NCBI RefSeq assembly: GCF_029504745.1
Contig: NZ_JAQFIQ010000027.1
Location: forward strand, 1,418 to 33,417
DNA from: Breznakia sp. PF5-3
Lineage (GTDB): Bacteria; Bacillota_I; Bacilli_A; Erysipelotrichales; Erysipelotrichaceae
DNA: 32,000 nt
Reading direction: 5' to 3'
Below are positions 9,986-19,605 of the stretch, piece by piece. Numbering within the stretch: the stretch's first letter is position 1; each line of letters begins with the position of its first letter. The notes beneath the pieces are model-generated. The model searched no databases, was not told the DNA's origin, and saw nothing but the letters and a program-made list of their open reading frames with translations. The position numbers were made by a program, and so were the translations under genes.

Positions 9986-11186
9986 TGAAATCCTAACGGT
10001 TTTAGTTTTTGCATTATTAGCATTGGGTGTATTTCAAATTCACCCATTTTTAGTAGTGCTAGCAATGACTGCTACATTTATATATATTCTTTATAGAAAT
10101 GATAATGAATTTGAACAACGCTCACGGATGGAAAGCAATCAACTAGCAAATCGCGTGAAAACAACAGCCTCGGATGCATATTTGAAACAAAAGCGATTAT
10201 ACACACTTGTAGCTAATATTCCATTACCTCTTGTTTTGTTGAATATAGATGGAAAAGTAGTTCTGTATAATTCTTTTTTTGAGGTTTTTCGTGATAACAA
10301 GGATGATCGCGAATTGACGTATAATAAAAATGATTTTGAAAAAGACATTCATAAGTTTGTAAATGATGCTTTTATTTTTGAACGGAATATCGATAAAACA
10401 ATGAGTGTTAAGGGAAAAGAATATCAGGCAATCAGTGTTCCCATTACGACAGAAGGGAAGTTTAGTGGTTGTGTTGTGTTGTTTCAAGATATTTCAAAAG
10501 CGAAAGAAAAGGAGCAAATGCAAAAGGAATTTATTGCAGATGCTTCTCATGAATTAAAAACACCAATTAGTGCAATTAAAGGAATGATTGAAATTTTAAA
10601 TCGTGATTCTTTTGATGATGAAGAAATAAGAAAAGAATTTATGATTCAAATTCAAAAAGAAAATGATCGTTTAGAAGCCATTGTTAGAGACTTATTACAA
10701 TTATCTAGGCTATCTAGTGATGTACTTGTATTGAAAAGAGATTCTATGGATTTTACAAGAATTCTTGATGCAAGTATATCTTCTTTACAACAAAAAGCAG
10801 AAAATAAGGGCTTGAAAATTGTAGCAGATTATCAAACCCATGAGGATGTCTTTGTAGACTTTGAACAAATGGAAGTAGTGGTAAATAATTTGTTGAATAA
10901 TGCGATTGCATATAGTGATTCAGGGACGATTACTTTACGAACATATAAAAAAGATGATTATTATGTATTTGAAATACAAGATGAAGGAAGAGGTTTAAGT
11001 GAAGAAAATACGCATAAGATTTTTGAACGGTTCTATCGAGTCGATAAAGCTCGCTCTCGCTTGAGTGGTGGTTCGGGATTAGGTTTATCAATTGTAAAAT
11101 CAATTTTAGAAGCCCATAATGCAATTTTAGAAGTGGAGAGTGAGGAGAATAAAGGGTCCGTTTTTAGAATTTTAATAAAGTATTAA
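9966..11186 (+). CDS. phoR: sensor histidine kinase, PhoR-like by context
   Basis: N-terminal TM segments, H-box FIADASHELKTPISAIKG, N box (NLLNNAIAYS), G boxes (DEGRGL, GGSGLGLSIVK). ATG 9966 follows GGAGGA and overlaps the regulator's stop. Confidence 0.65.
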   Translation: MKKERISEILTVLVFALLALGVFQIHPFLVVLAMTATFIYILYRNDNEFEQRSRMESNQLANRVKTTASDAYLKQKRLYTLVANIPLPLVLLNIDGKVVLYNSFFEVFRDNKDDRELTYNKNDFEKDIHKFVNDAFIFERNIDKTMSVKGKEYQAISVPITTEGKFSGCVVLFQDISKAKEKEQMQKEFIADASHELKTPISAIKGMIEILNRDSFDDEEIRKEFMIQIQKENDRLEAIVRDLLQLSRLSSDVLVLKRDSMDFTRILDASISSLQQKAENKGLKIVADYQTHEDVFVDFEQMEVVVNNLLNNAIAYSDSGTITLRTYKKDDYYVFEIQDEGRGLSEENTHKIFERFYRVDKARSRLSGGSGLGLSIVKSILEAHNAILEVESEENKGSVFRILIKY

Positions 11187-11190
11187 TAAG

Positions 11191-11223
11191 ACGCTAGATA
11201 TTAGTATATATCTAGCGTTTTTA
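11191..11223 (+). terminator. intrinsic terminator after the kinase gene
   Basis: ACGCTAGATA (11191-11200) pairs perfectly with TATCTAGCGT (11209-11218), followed by TTTTT. Confidence 0.8.
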
Positions 11224-11282
11224 ATGCTTAACGAATGAAAAATTGAAAGTATAAAAATGAGGTTTGAAAACACTCGCTTTTT

Positions 11283-11336
11283 TTAACCCTTTTTTAACAA
11301 TTCCTTGATTTTTATTTAATCTAAGACATGTATGCT
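11283..11336 (+). promoter_or_regulatory. Pho-box array and -10 of the pst promoter
   Basis: Four hexamers at exact 11-bp phasing: TTAACC (11283), TTAACA (11294), TTGATT (11305), TTAATC (11316). The first two match the B. subtilis PhoP half-site TT(A/T/C)ACA. TATGCT (11331-11336) is a candidate -10, and there is no canonical -35. Confidence 0.6.
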
Positions 11337-11360
11337 TAAAGTGTAAAAGGGAGGCTTGAA

Positions 11361-12170
11361 ATGAAAAAATTTCTTAGCGTGTGTGTACTATGCAGTATGT
11401 TATTAGTTGGTTGTGGTGGGAAAGCATCTGGTAGTGAAACATCTGAATTTGTAGTTGGAGGATCAACATCAATTCAACCATTGATGGAGCAAATAGCAGA
11501 AAGTTACAATAAGAGCAAATCAGGAAAAATTACTGTTCAAGGTGGTGGTTCTAGTGTAGGAACTAAAGGGGCAATGGATGGAACGTTTAGTGTTGGAATG
11601 GCATCGAGAGCATTAAAGGAAGAGGAAGAAAAGAGCTTAGAAGGAACTGTAATTGCGCTTGATGGAATTGTCATAATTGTGAATAAAGATAATCCAATTA
11701 CAAATATTACCTTAGAACAAGCGAAACAAATTTATACAGGGAAAATTACAAATTGGAAAGATATAGGTGGCAAAGATCAGGAAATTGCCGTTGTCTCTAG
11801 AGAAGAAGGTTCAGGGACAAGAGATGGGTTTGAATCGATTGTTGGATTTGAATCATCACAACTCATTGCGAATGCGGATATTCAAAATGCAACAGGAGCA
11901 GTTATTAGTAATGTATCTGGTAATAAACAAGCAATTGGATATATCTCAATGGGTTCAATGTCAAATAACATTAAAGGATTAACCATTGATGGTGTTGAAG
12001 CAAGTGAAGCTACTATATTAGATGAAACCTATAAATTACAACGGCCATTTATGTTGTGTGTAAAAAAAGGTGATGAGTCAGCAAAAGCATTATTTGACTT
12101 TATTTTCTCAGATGAAGGAAAGCAAATCATTCAAGAACATAAATATATTCCAGTAGAAAGAGAAGGCTAG
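11361..12170 (+). CDS. pstS: phosphate ABC transporter substrate-binding lipoprotein
   Basis: Lipoprotein signal with lipobox LLVGC. PstS-type blocks (GSTSIQP, GGGSSVG, SREEGSGTR). First gene of pstSCAB. Confidence 0.9.
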   Translation: MKKFLSVCVLCSMLLVGCGGKASGSETSEFVVGGSTSIQPLMEQIAESYNKSKSGKITVQGGGSSVGTKGAMDGTFSVGMASRALKEEEEKSLEGTVIALDGIVIIVNKDNPITNITLEQAKQIYTGKITNWKDIGGKDQEIAVVSREEGSGTRDGFESIVGFESSQLIANADIQNATGAVISNVSGNKQAIGYISMGSMSNNIKGLTIDGVEASEATILDETYKLQRPFMLCVKKGDESAKALFDFIFSDEGKQIIQEHKYIPVEREG

Positions 12171-12221
12171 AAAATAGTTGGCACATTATCTAATGTGCTT
12201 TTCCTATAGAGAGGAGAATGT

Positions 12222-13112
12222 ATGAAATCAATAGAATATAAAAATCGATTAGATAGTGTGTTTAAAAAAATAGTTTTCTTTTTTACGTTTGTTTCCGTTA
12301 TTGCATTAGCAGCAATTCTAATCTTCACACTTTTAAAAGCACTACCGTTATTTAAAGAAGTAGATATCATATCTTTTATTACTTCTGATGTATGGTCTCC
12401 ATCAAATGGTCAGTATGGAATCTTGGCTTTTATTGTTGCTAGTGTTTTAACTACGTTGGCTGCTGTTTTAATTGGCATTCCGATAGGGTTGTATACGGCA
12501 ATCTTTATTAGTGAAATTGCACCTAAGAAAATCAGTAACTTTGTGTTGTTTTGTATTGAAATATTAGCAGCTATTCCAAGTGTTGTATATGGATTTTTCG
12601 GTTTAACAATGGTTGTGCCATTGATACAAAAAATCTTTCATTTACGTAGTGGATCGACATTGTTAACAGCATCGATTATCTTAGCATTGATGATTTTACC
12701 AACCGTAGTATCTTTATCAACTTCAGCATTGAAGAGTGTTCCAAAAGCAATTGAAGAAGGTTCTTTGGCTTTGGGAGCAAGTAAGATACAAACGATTTTT
12801 AAAGCTAAAATTCCATATGCTAAAAGTGGTATCCTAACATCTTTCTTATTAGGATTGGGAAGAGCATTAGGTGAGACAATGGCAGTGATTTTAGTGGCAG
12901 GTAATTCTAATATGATGCCAATTCTTAATCCTCTATATGAAGCATTCTTGAATGGAGGAAGAACGCTTACAGGAAATATTGTGATGGAATTAGCATATGC
13001 AAGTGGAACGCATGAAGCAGCGTTATTTGCAACAGGAGTAGTTTTATTTATATTTGTAAGTTTAATTAATGTAGTCATATTAGTTGTTAAGAAGAGAGGT
13101 GTTACCTCATGA
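12222..13112 (+). CDS. pstC: phosphate ABC transporter permease
   Basis: 296 aa polytopic protein with the EAA-type loop (EGSLALGASKIQTIFKAKIPYAKSGI). Confidence 0.88.
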   Translation: MKSIEYKNRLDSVFKKIVFFFTFVSVIALAAILIFTLLKALPLFKEVDIISFITSDVWSPSNGQYGILAFIVASVLTTLAAVLIGIPIGLYTAIFISEIAPKKISNFVLFCIEILAAIPSVVYGFFGLTMVVPLIQKIFHLRSGSTLLTASIILALMILPTVVSLSTSALKSVPKAIEEGSLALGASKIQTIFKAKIPYAKSGILTSFLLGLGRALGETMAVILVAGNSNMMPILNPLYEAFLNGGRTLTGNIVMELAYASGTHEAALFATGVVLFIFVSLINVVILVVKKRGVTS

Positions 13113-13960
13113 GTAGAAAAGTAAAAGATTCCATACAATTAGGTTTCATTTATATAGCAAGTGCAATTAGTATTTTATCTTTATTGCTTATTGTTGGGTT
13201 TGTATTAAAGAACGGATTAGCTCATGTAAATCTAAGTTTCTTATTAAATTATTATAGTGTTAGTGGCAAAGATAGTGGTATTTTACCAATGTTGATAGGA
13301 ACCCTATATATTGTATTATTGACATTGCTTATCGCTACACCAATTAGTATCTTTAGTGCTATTTATTTAAATGAATATGCTAAAGATAATAGAATTACAC
13401 GAATAATTCGCTTTGCTATCGATGGACTTGTAAGTGTACCAAGTATTGTTTATGGATTGTTTGGTTTTAGTTTGTTTGTAACGATTCTACAACCACTTAC
13501 AGGAGGATATTCAATTCTTTCTGGTTCTTTGACTTTAACCATTATGATCTTGCCTATTTTGATTAAAACGATTGAAGAAACATTAAAAACAATACCAAAT
13601 AATATGAGAGAAGCATCCTTTGCGTTAGGGGCTAGTAAAGTACAAACCATTTTTAAAGTAATCTTGCCAACTAGTTTAAGTGGAATTATTAATGCAATAA
13701 TTTTAGGAATGGGAAGAATTATTTCCGAGAGTGCACCTTTGTTACTAACTGCTGGTATGGTATATTACATGCCTGAGGGAATTTTCTCTTCTAGTCGAAC
13801 ATTGACAACACATTTATATTATCTTGCAAGTGAAGGTGTTAATGATGAAGCACGAGCACAAGCATATGCAACGGCAACTATCTTGATTGTTATGATTGTT
13901 ATATTGAATCTTCTTACAAGATTGATTGCGAAAAGAATTCATAAGAAAGTAGGTAAGTAA
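13109..13960 (+). CDS. pstA: phosphate ABC transporter permease
   Basis: 283 aa polytopic protein with loop [27 protein letters not shown]. Overlaps the pstC stop by 4 nt. Confidence 0.88.
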   Translation: MSRKVKDSIQLGFIYIASAISILSLLLIVGFVLKNGLAHVNLSFLLNYYSVSGKDSGILPMLIGTLYIVLLTLLIATPISIFSAIYLNEYAKDNRITRIIRFAIDGLVSVPSIVYGLFGFSLFVTILQPLTGGYSILSGSLTLTIMILPILIKTIEETLKTIPNNMREASFALGASKVQTIFKVILPTSLSGIINAIILGMGRIISESAPLLLTAGMVYYMPEGIFSSSRTLTTHLYYLASEGVNDEARAQAYATATILIVMIVILNLLTRLIAKRIHKKVGK

Positions 13961-13961
13961 A

Positions 13962-14720
13962 ATGGAAGATATAAAATTTAATGTGAAAAACCTTAATTTA
14001 TACTATGGTGATTTTCAAGCTTTAAAAAATATAAATCTAGCAATTAGATCTAATAAAGTAACAGCATTAATTGGGCCATCTGGGTGTGGGAAGTCGACAT
14101 TTCTTAGAACCTTGAATCGAATGAATGATTTGGTAGATAATGTGCGAATTGATGGAGAAATTGAATTTGACAATCATAATTTATTATCAAAGGATATTGA
14201 TGTAATTGCACTTAGAACAAAGGTGGGAATGGTTTTTCAAAATCCAAACCCATTTCCAATGAGTATCTTTGATAATGTTGCATATGGTCCAAGATGTCAA
14301 GGAATTAAGGATAAAAAGGAGTTAGCAGCGATTGTTGAAACATCGTTAAAGCAAGCGGCATTATGGGATGAGGTAAAAGATCGATTAAATAAGAATGCAA
14401 TGGGTATGTCAGGAGGACAGCAACAGCGATTATGTATTGCTCGAGCAATTGCAATGAAACCGGAAGTTATCTTGATGGATGAACCAACAAGTGCATTGGA
14501 TCCAATTGCAACAAAGAAAATCGAGGAATTGATTGATATCTTAAAAAAAGATTATACAATATTAATTGTAACGCACTCGATGCAACAGGCATCACGAGTA
14601 AGTGATGATACAGCTTTCTTCTTATTAGGTGAGGTTATAGAGTTTGATTCTACATTAAAATTATTCTCGAATCCAAAACATAAGAAAACCGAAGAGTACA
14701 TTACTGGTAGATTTGGATAG
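13962..14720 (+). CDS. pstB: phosphate ABC transporter ATP-binding protein
   Basis: Walker [10 protein letters not shown], signature LSGGQQQRL, Walker [12 protein letters not shown], and a PstB-typical N-terminus ([13 protein letters not shown]). Confidence 0.93.
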   Translation: MEDIKFNVKNLNLYYGDFQALKNINLAIRSNKVTALIGPSGCGKSTFLRTLNRMNDLVDNVRIDGEIEFDNHNLLSKDIDVIALRTKVGMVFQNPNPFPMSIFDNVAYGPRCQGIKDKKELAAIVETSLKQAALWDEVKDRLNKNAMGMSGGQQQRLCIARAIAMKPEVILMDEPTSALDPIATKKIEELIDILKKDYTILIVTHSMQQASRVSDDTAFFLLGEVIEFDSTLKLFSNPKHKKTEEYITGRFG

Positions 14721-14730
14721 GAGGCAAACA

Positions 14731-15384
14731 ATGATTAAATTAGATAGAAAATTAAAGAAATTAGAAACAAGTGTTATTCATATGGGAGAACAGGTTATTG
14801 AGCAACATCGTCGTTGTGCACAGGTGCTTACAAATTATGATGATACGCTTGCACAGCAAATAGTTGATAATGATGAAATCATTAACAATTATGAAGTTAA
14901 CATCAATGATCAAGCAATTGCAGATATTGTATTGCTTCGTCCAGTCGCAACGGATTTGAGAAGAGTGTTGGTAGCAATCAAGATTGCATCTGATTTAGAA
15001 AGAATTGGTGATTATGCAAAAGGATTGGCAAACTATATTTTAAAAAATGAGAATGAAGAGGAGTATCATAGTTTATTAAATCATGCGGTAATCATGGAAA
15101 ATAAATTGATTCAGATTTTACAAGATGTTATGAAGTGTTATAAAGATAAAGATGCTCAATGTGCTTATGAAATTCCCAAACAAGATGAGGAATTAAATAA
15201 ATTGCTTCGTGAATTCCGTCATAAATTAGTAGCAGAAAAGAATCCTAATTTAAGACATGTATTTTATCTTTCTAATTTATTTCGTAATATTGAGCGAGCA
15301 GGAGATCACAGTGTTAACATCTGTGAGCATATCGTATATTTATGTAAAGGAATTCAATATGATTTTGATAAAGTTTCTCAGTAA
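14731..15384 (+). CDS. phoU: phosphate signalling complex protein PhoU
   Basis: Two PhoU repeats with A.DLERIGD.A and RNIERAGDH motifs. ATG 14731 follows AGGAGG. The track start 14713 is TTG inside pstB. Confidence 0.9.
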   Translation: MIKLDRKLKKLETSVIHMGEQVIEQHRRCAQVLTNYDDTLAQQIVDNDEIINNYEVNINDQAIADIVLLRPVATDLRRVLVAIKIASDLERIGDYAKGLANYILKNENEEEYHSLLNHAVIMENKLIQILQDVMKCYKDKDAQCAYEIPKQDEELNKLLREFRHKLVAEKNPNLRHVFYLSNLFRNIERAGDHSVNICEHIVYLCKGIQYDFDKVSQ

Positions 15385-15414
15385 TGAGAAGCTTTTTTTG
15401 TTTATCATAAAGTT

Positions 15415-15443
15415 AAAAAAATAGGCAATAATGCCTGTTTTTT
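15415..15443 (+). terminator. short GC-clamped hairpin with flanking A- and T-runs after phoU
   Basis: AAAAAAAT-AGGCA-ATAA-TGCCT-GTTTTTT. The stem is only 5 bp, so this is weak. Confidence 0.45.
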
Positions 15444-15460
15444 GGTATTATTTAAGTATA

Positions 15461-15477
15461 TTCACACAACGTTCACA
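15461..15477 (+). promoter_or_regulatory. direct repeat TTCACA-N5-TTCACA (OmpR/PhoP-type binding-site geometry)
   Basis: TTCACA at 15461-15466 and 15472-15477, 11-bp phasing. Lies about 70 nt upstream of the second response-regulator gene. Confidence 0.45.
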
Positions 15478-15544
15478 AAGAAACCCCATGAACTCCATAC
15501 ATGATAAGGGTTTCTCATATATAATGTAGAAAGGAGTGATAACG

Positions 15545-16234
15545 ATGAAAAGATTATTAATTGTAGATGATGAAGCGAATATTCGTGAAATCATAAAAAA
15601 GTATGCAAAGTTTGAAGGATATGAATATTGTGAAGCAAAAGATGGATTAGAAGCAATCGATGTTATGAAGAAAAATGAGCATATTGATTTGGTTATTATG
15701 GATGCAATGATGCCAGAATTAGATGGTTTTAGTGCTTGTAAAGAAATTCGCAAGTTTAGCAATGTTCCGATTTTGATGTTATCAGCACGAGGTGAAGAAT
15801 ATGATCGAATTCATGGGTTTGAAATCGGTGTTGATGATTATGTGGTAAAACCTTTTTCACCTAAAGAGTTGATGATGCGAATTGCGGCAATAATGAATCG
15901 TTATCAAAATTCAAATAATGTAGATAAATTCATATATAAAACATTTGAAGTGAATTTTACTTCAAGGGTTGTGAAAATTGACAATGAAAGAGTTGAACTA
16001 TCTCCAAAAGAATATGATTTATTATTTTATTTGATTAATAATAAAGATATTGCTTTAACTCGTGAGCAATTAATCTCAAAGGTATGGGGTTATGATTTTT
16101 ATGGAGATGATCGTACATTGGATACACATATTAAATTGCTTCGTAAGAAATTGCAGCAATATAGTACAACCATTGTGACGTTGAGAGGAGTAGGTTACCG
16201 TTTTGAAACTAAAGAAGATGAAGCTGAGGACTAA
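15545..16234 (+). CDS. OmpR-family response regulator (second pair)
   Basis: Receiver domain (RLLIVDDE...DLVIMDAMMPELDG...LSAR) plus winged helix (LSPKEYDLL...LDTHIKLLRKKL...RGVGYRF). ATG 15545 follows AAAGGAG. Confidence 0.88.
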   Translation: MKRLLIVDDEANIREIIKKYAKFEGYEYCEAKDGLEAIDVMKKNEHIDLVIMDAMMPELDGFSACKEIRKFSNVPILMLSARGEEYDRIHGFEIGVDDYVVKPFSPKELMMRIAAIMNRYQNSNNVDKFIYKTFEVNFTSRVVKIDNERVELSPKEYDLLFYLINNKDIALTREQLISKVWGYDFYGDDRTLDTHIKLLRKKLQQYSTTIVTLRGVGYRFETKEDEAED

Positions 16235-17684
16235 AGTATTTGCTTATATACTTATATTTGCCATGATAATCATTGCATTATTATGGGTTTTTCAGATTGT
16301 CTTTTTAGATGACTTTTATAAGATGATAAAGACACGCCAAATTCAAAGTACAGTAGATGAAATAGCAGATCATATACAGGATAATGTTGAAAGTAATGAA
16401 ATGGAATCTTTTTTATACTCTACAGTAATCAATGGAGAGTATTGTATTCAGGTATGGGAGAAGGATAGTGAAGCAAATGGTAAAGAATACTATACACGCT
16501 TATATCAAGACGTTTTGACGAATCCTGGAATTTGTGGATATCAAAATGATACTTCAATATCTGTGGAGGATCATGATTTGTATATGCAGGCAAGTGAAAA
16601 TGATGGAGAAGCGACAATGTCTTCATCAAATTCCATATCATTACCATCTGGGGTAAAAATCAAAAATGATTTTGATGGAATTACAGTCGGAAGAATAATT
16701 TATACAGAAGATGATACAAAGTATTTTTTAATTGTAAATTCACGAATTTCTCCAGTAAATGAAACAGTGGATACACTAGTTCAACAGCTTGGGATTATTA
16801 CAACGGTATTGTTATTATTAGCATTTGCTATTGCATTAATTATTGCAAATAATGTTTCAAGGCCAATTCAAAAGATTACAGCGAAAGCGCGTCATCTAGG
16901 AAAAGGTGATTTTGATATTCATTTTGATGGGAAGGGATATTTAGAGATTGAAGAGTTAAATGATACATTGAATTATGCAGTACAGGAATTAGGTAAGGTT
17001 GAGAATTTAAGAAATGAATTGATTGCTAATATGTCACATGATCTTCGTACACCATTGACGATGATTACTGGATATAGTGAAGCAATACGTGATCTTCCAG
17101 GAGAAGATACAAAAGAGAATATTCAAATTATCATTGATGAATGTACACGTTTAACAAATTTAGTAAATAGTATTTTAGATTTGTCTAAAATTCAATCAAG
17201 AGTAGAAGAGTTAAAGACAGAGAAGTTTAATTTAAGCGAACAAGTAAGAACAATTTGTGAAAGATTTGATACGTTATTGAAAAAAGATGGGTATGAGATT
17301 CAATATATACAAGATACAGAGGAGGATGTATATGTTGAAGCGGATCAAGAGAAAATTAGCCAGGTAATTTATAATATCATAGGTAATGCTGTCCATTATA
17401 CAGGCGAGGATAAAAAAATATACGTTCGTCAAACTTGTATGAATGACATTGTGAGAATAGAAATCGAGGATACAGGAAAGGGTATCAAGGAAGAAGATAT
17501 TCCTTATGTATGGGATCGTTATTATAAACTAAAGACAAATCATAAGCGACAAGAATTAGGTACGGGATTAGGTCTTAGTATCGTAAGGGGTATTTTGGAA
17601 TTGCATGCTGTACGATATGGCATTATAAGTGAAAAAGGAAAAGGGGCTAATTTCTATTTTGAATTTCCCAAAGTGAAAGAATAG
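16218..17684 (+). CDS. sensor histidine kinase with ~160-aa extracytoplasmic domain and HAMP
   Basis: Two TM spans (aa ~8-30 and ~195-215), H-box LIANMSHDLRTPLTMITGY, N box (NIIGNAVHYT), G boxes (DTGKGI, GTGLGLSIV). ATG 16218 overlaps the regulator's 3' end. Confidence 0.88.
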   Translation: MKLRTKVFAYILIFAMIIIALLWVFQIVFLDDFYKMIKTRQIQSTVDEIADHIQDNVESNEMESFLYSTVINGEYCIQVWEKDSEANGKEYYTRLYQDVLTNPGICGYQNDTSISVEDHDLYMQASENDGEATMSSSNSISLPSGVKIKNDFDGITVGRIIYTEDDTKYFLIVNSRISPVNETVDTLVQQLGIITTVLLLLAFAIALIIANNVSRPIQKITAKARHLGKGDFDIHFDGKGYLEIEELNDTLNYAVQELGKVENLRNELIANMSHDLRTPLTMITGYSEAIRDLPGEDTKENIQIIIDECTRLTNLVNSILDLSKIQSRVEELKTEKFNLSEQVRTICERFDTLLKKDGYEIQYIQDTEEDVYVEADQEKISQVIYNIIGNAVHYTGEDKKIYVRQTCMNDIVRIEIEDTGKGIKEEDIPYVWDRYYKLKTNHKRQELGTGLGLSIVRGILELHAVRYGIISEKGKGANFYFEFPKVKE

Positions 17685-17738
17685 GCATTTGTGATTTTTT
17701 GATATATAATGGTTATAACAACCATTTGGGGGATTACA

Positions 17739-18149
17739 ATGAAACGAATAATGACAATATTTTGTTTGTTTTTCTTGTTGGCAGGATGTCAAGCAAGTGG
17801 AAAAACAAATGATACAACTGAAAATAAAAAGGAAATACATATGGAACTTTATATAAGAGATATGGATAAAAAAGTTGAAGTAAAGGAAAAGGATTGCAAA
17901 GAACTTCAATCTTTACTTGATATATGCCCATATGATGGGGATCAATATCATGAAGAAGATAATCCAGAAGGATATCATTTGCATATGGCAGATAGTGAAT
18001 ATGTATTAACAATTATGGAAGGTAAAGAAGTTCTTAAAAAAGTATACATATGGAAAGATGGAGATCATGTGAAAATAGATGAAAATTGGCATTTTGTTGA
18101 TGAAGCCAAAGATCAGATTTTAACGATTCTTCAATCATATGAAAAATAA
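17739..18149 (+). CDS. small lipoprotein of unknown function
   Basis: Starts MKRIMTIFCLFFLLAGCQASGK with lipobox LLAGC. ATG 17739 follows GGGGGA. No recognisable domain. Confidence 0.6.
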   Translation: MKRIMTIFCLFFLLAGCQASGKTNDTTENKKEIHMELYIRDMDKKVEVKEKDCKELQSLLDICPYDGDQYHEEDNPEGYHLHMADSEYVLTIMEGKEVLKKVYIWKDGDHVKIDENWHFVDEAKDQILTILQSYEK

Positions 18150-18172
18150 GGTATCGAAAGATATCTTTTTTC
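18148..18172 (+). terminator. small hairpin plus T-run after the lipoprotein gene
   Basis: AAGGTATC-GAAA-GATATCTT (one G-U), followed by TTTTTC. Confidence 0.45.
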
Positions 18173-18212
18173 TTGGGTTGTGTTGGATTGTTGCTGTATT
18201 TATAAATAGTTA

Positions 18213-18221
18213 TGCTATAAT
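18213..18221 (+). promoter_or_regulatory. extended -10 (TGcTATAAT) placed so that transcription should start at the rnmV ATG
   Basis: TGCTATAAT at 18213-18221. Only 6 nt (CTTAAT) separate it from ATG 18228, and no SD is present. Confidence 0.5.
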
Positions 18222-18227
18222 CTTAAT

Positions 18228-18767
18228 ATGAAGCAAAAAGAGGTTATTGTCGTAGAAGGTAAACATGATTCACAAAAATTAAAATCTTTTTTTGATGTAG
18301 ATACAATAGAAACAAATGGGCTTCATCTATCTAAAGAAAAGATAGAATGCATCAAGAGTTTGAATGAGAAGCGTGGTGTTATTTTGTTTTTGGATCCTGA
18401 TAGTGCAGGTGAACGTATTCGTAAACGCTTAAATGATGCAATACCAAATTTAAAAAATGCTTTTATTGATAAAAAAAGATGCAGAACAACAAAGAAAGTT
18501 GGAATAGAACATGCTGATAAAGAAGCTTTGAAAGAAGCTTTAGAGCATGTTTTAACATATGATAAAGAAATAAGAGAATCGTTGTCTTATGAAGCGTACC
18601 TCAGTATGGGGTTTCAGGGTCAAGAAGATTCACGAATGTTGAGAAGAAAAGTTGGAGAATTACTTTTTTTAGGTGAATGTAATAGCAAGACACTGTTTAA
18701 GAGGTTGAATATGTTTCAAATAACAGATGTGGAATTAAAGAAGATTGTTGAGGATATATATGAATAA
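18228..18767 (+). CDS. rnmV: ribonuclease M5 (Toprim domain)
   Basis: N-terminus MKQKEVIVVEGKHDSQKLK closely parallels the B. subtilis RnmV N-terminus as remembered (MKIKEIIVVEGRDD). Has the LDPDSAGERIR Toprim motif and the rnmV-rsmA context. Confidence 0.88.
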   Translation: MKQKEVIVVEGKHDSQKLKSFFDVDTIETNGLHLSKEKIECIKSLNEKRGVILFLDPDSAGERIRKRLNDAIPNLKNAFIDKKRCRTTKKVGIEHADKEALKEALEHVLTYDKEIRESLSYEAYLSMGFQGQEDSRMLRRKVGELLFLGECNSKTLFKRLNMFQITDVELKKIVEDIYE

Positions 18768-19605
18768 AATAATTGCGACTCCCTCTAATACCAAAGAGAT
18801 ATTAGAGACTTATGATTTATATGCCAAAAAGAATTATGGACAGAATTTTTTGGTTGAATCTCAAATAGTTGATAAAATTGCAAAGCATGCAGTATTAAGT
18901 GAAAATAGTGTCGTTATTGAAATTGGACCTGGAATAGGAGCATTAACTCAATTTCTAGCAAATTATGCAAAGCAGGTTATTGCTTTTGAAATAGATGAAC
19001 GACTGATTCCTGTTTTAAAAAACACCTTAAGTGATAAAGATAATGTAGAAATCATTCAAGAAGATTTTCTAAATATTGATTTAGATGAAATAGTGAAAAC
19101 GTATTCGGAAGTGGTAGTAGCGGCAAATCTTCCTTATTATATTACAACTCCTATTTTGTTTAAAATATTTGAAAGTAATGCCAATATAAAACAGATAACT
19201 GTAATGATGCAAAAAGAGGTTGCAGATCGTTTCAGTGCAAAGGTAAATTCTAAGGATTACAATGCTTTAAGTATTATTGCGCAGTATCATTATGATATAA
19301 AAACAATCATGAAAATAAGTAAACATGTATTTAATCCAAAACCTAATGTTGACAGTGCTGTTGTACAGTTTACATATCGACCAAATACATTGGTTGATGA
19401 TGAGAAAGCTTTTTTTCTAATGGTGAAAGCATGTTTCAAACAGCGAAGAAAAACTATTTTAAATAATTATGGAGAGTATTTGAATGACAAAGAAAAAGCA
19501 CGGCAATATTTGCAAAGTGCCAATATTGATATAAAAAGTAGAGCAGAAAGTTTAACAAGAGAAGCTTTTGTTCGTTTATATGAGGTAGAAAAAAATGGAA
19601 GTTAA
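18760..19605 (+). CDS. rsmA: 16S rRNA (adenine1518/1519-N6)-dimethyltransferase
   Basis: KKNYGQNFL, SAM motif VIEIGPGIGALT, NLPYYITTPI. ATG 18760 follows GAGGAT. Confidence 0.92.
   Translation: MNKIIATPSNTKEILETYDLYAKKNYGQNFLVESQIVDKIAKHAVLSENSVVIEIGPGIGALTQFLANYAKQVIAFEIDERLIPVLKNTLSDKDNVEIIQEDFLNIDLDEIVKTYSEVVVAANLPYYITTPILFKIFESNANIKQITVMMQKEVADRFSAKVNSKDYNALSIIAQYHYDIKTIMKISKHVFNPKPNVDSAVVQFTYRPNTLVDDEKAFFLMVKACFKQRRKTILNNYGEYLNDKEKARQYLQSANIDIKSRAESLTREAFVRLYEVEKNGS

Noticed and set aside
12638-13138. 166-aa ORF antisense to pstC/pstA (and 13450-13650 antisense to pstA, 11767-11982 out of frame in pstS).
   Set aside because: It overlaps well-supported ABC transporter genes and has no SD or recognisable domain.
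15448-15762. 104-aa minus-strand ORF spanning the second response-regulator promoter and 5' coding region.
   Set aside because: It is antisense to a clear receiver domain, with no SD and no motif.
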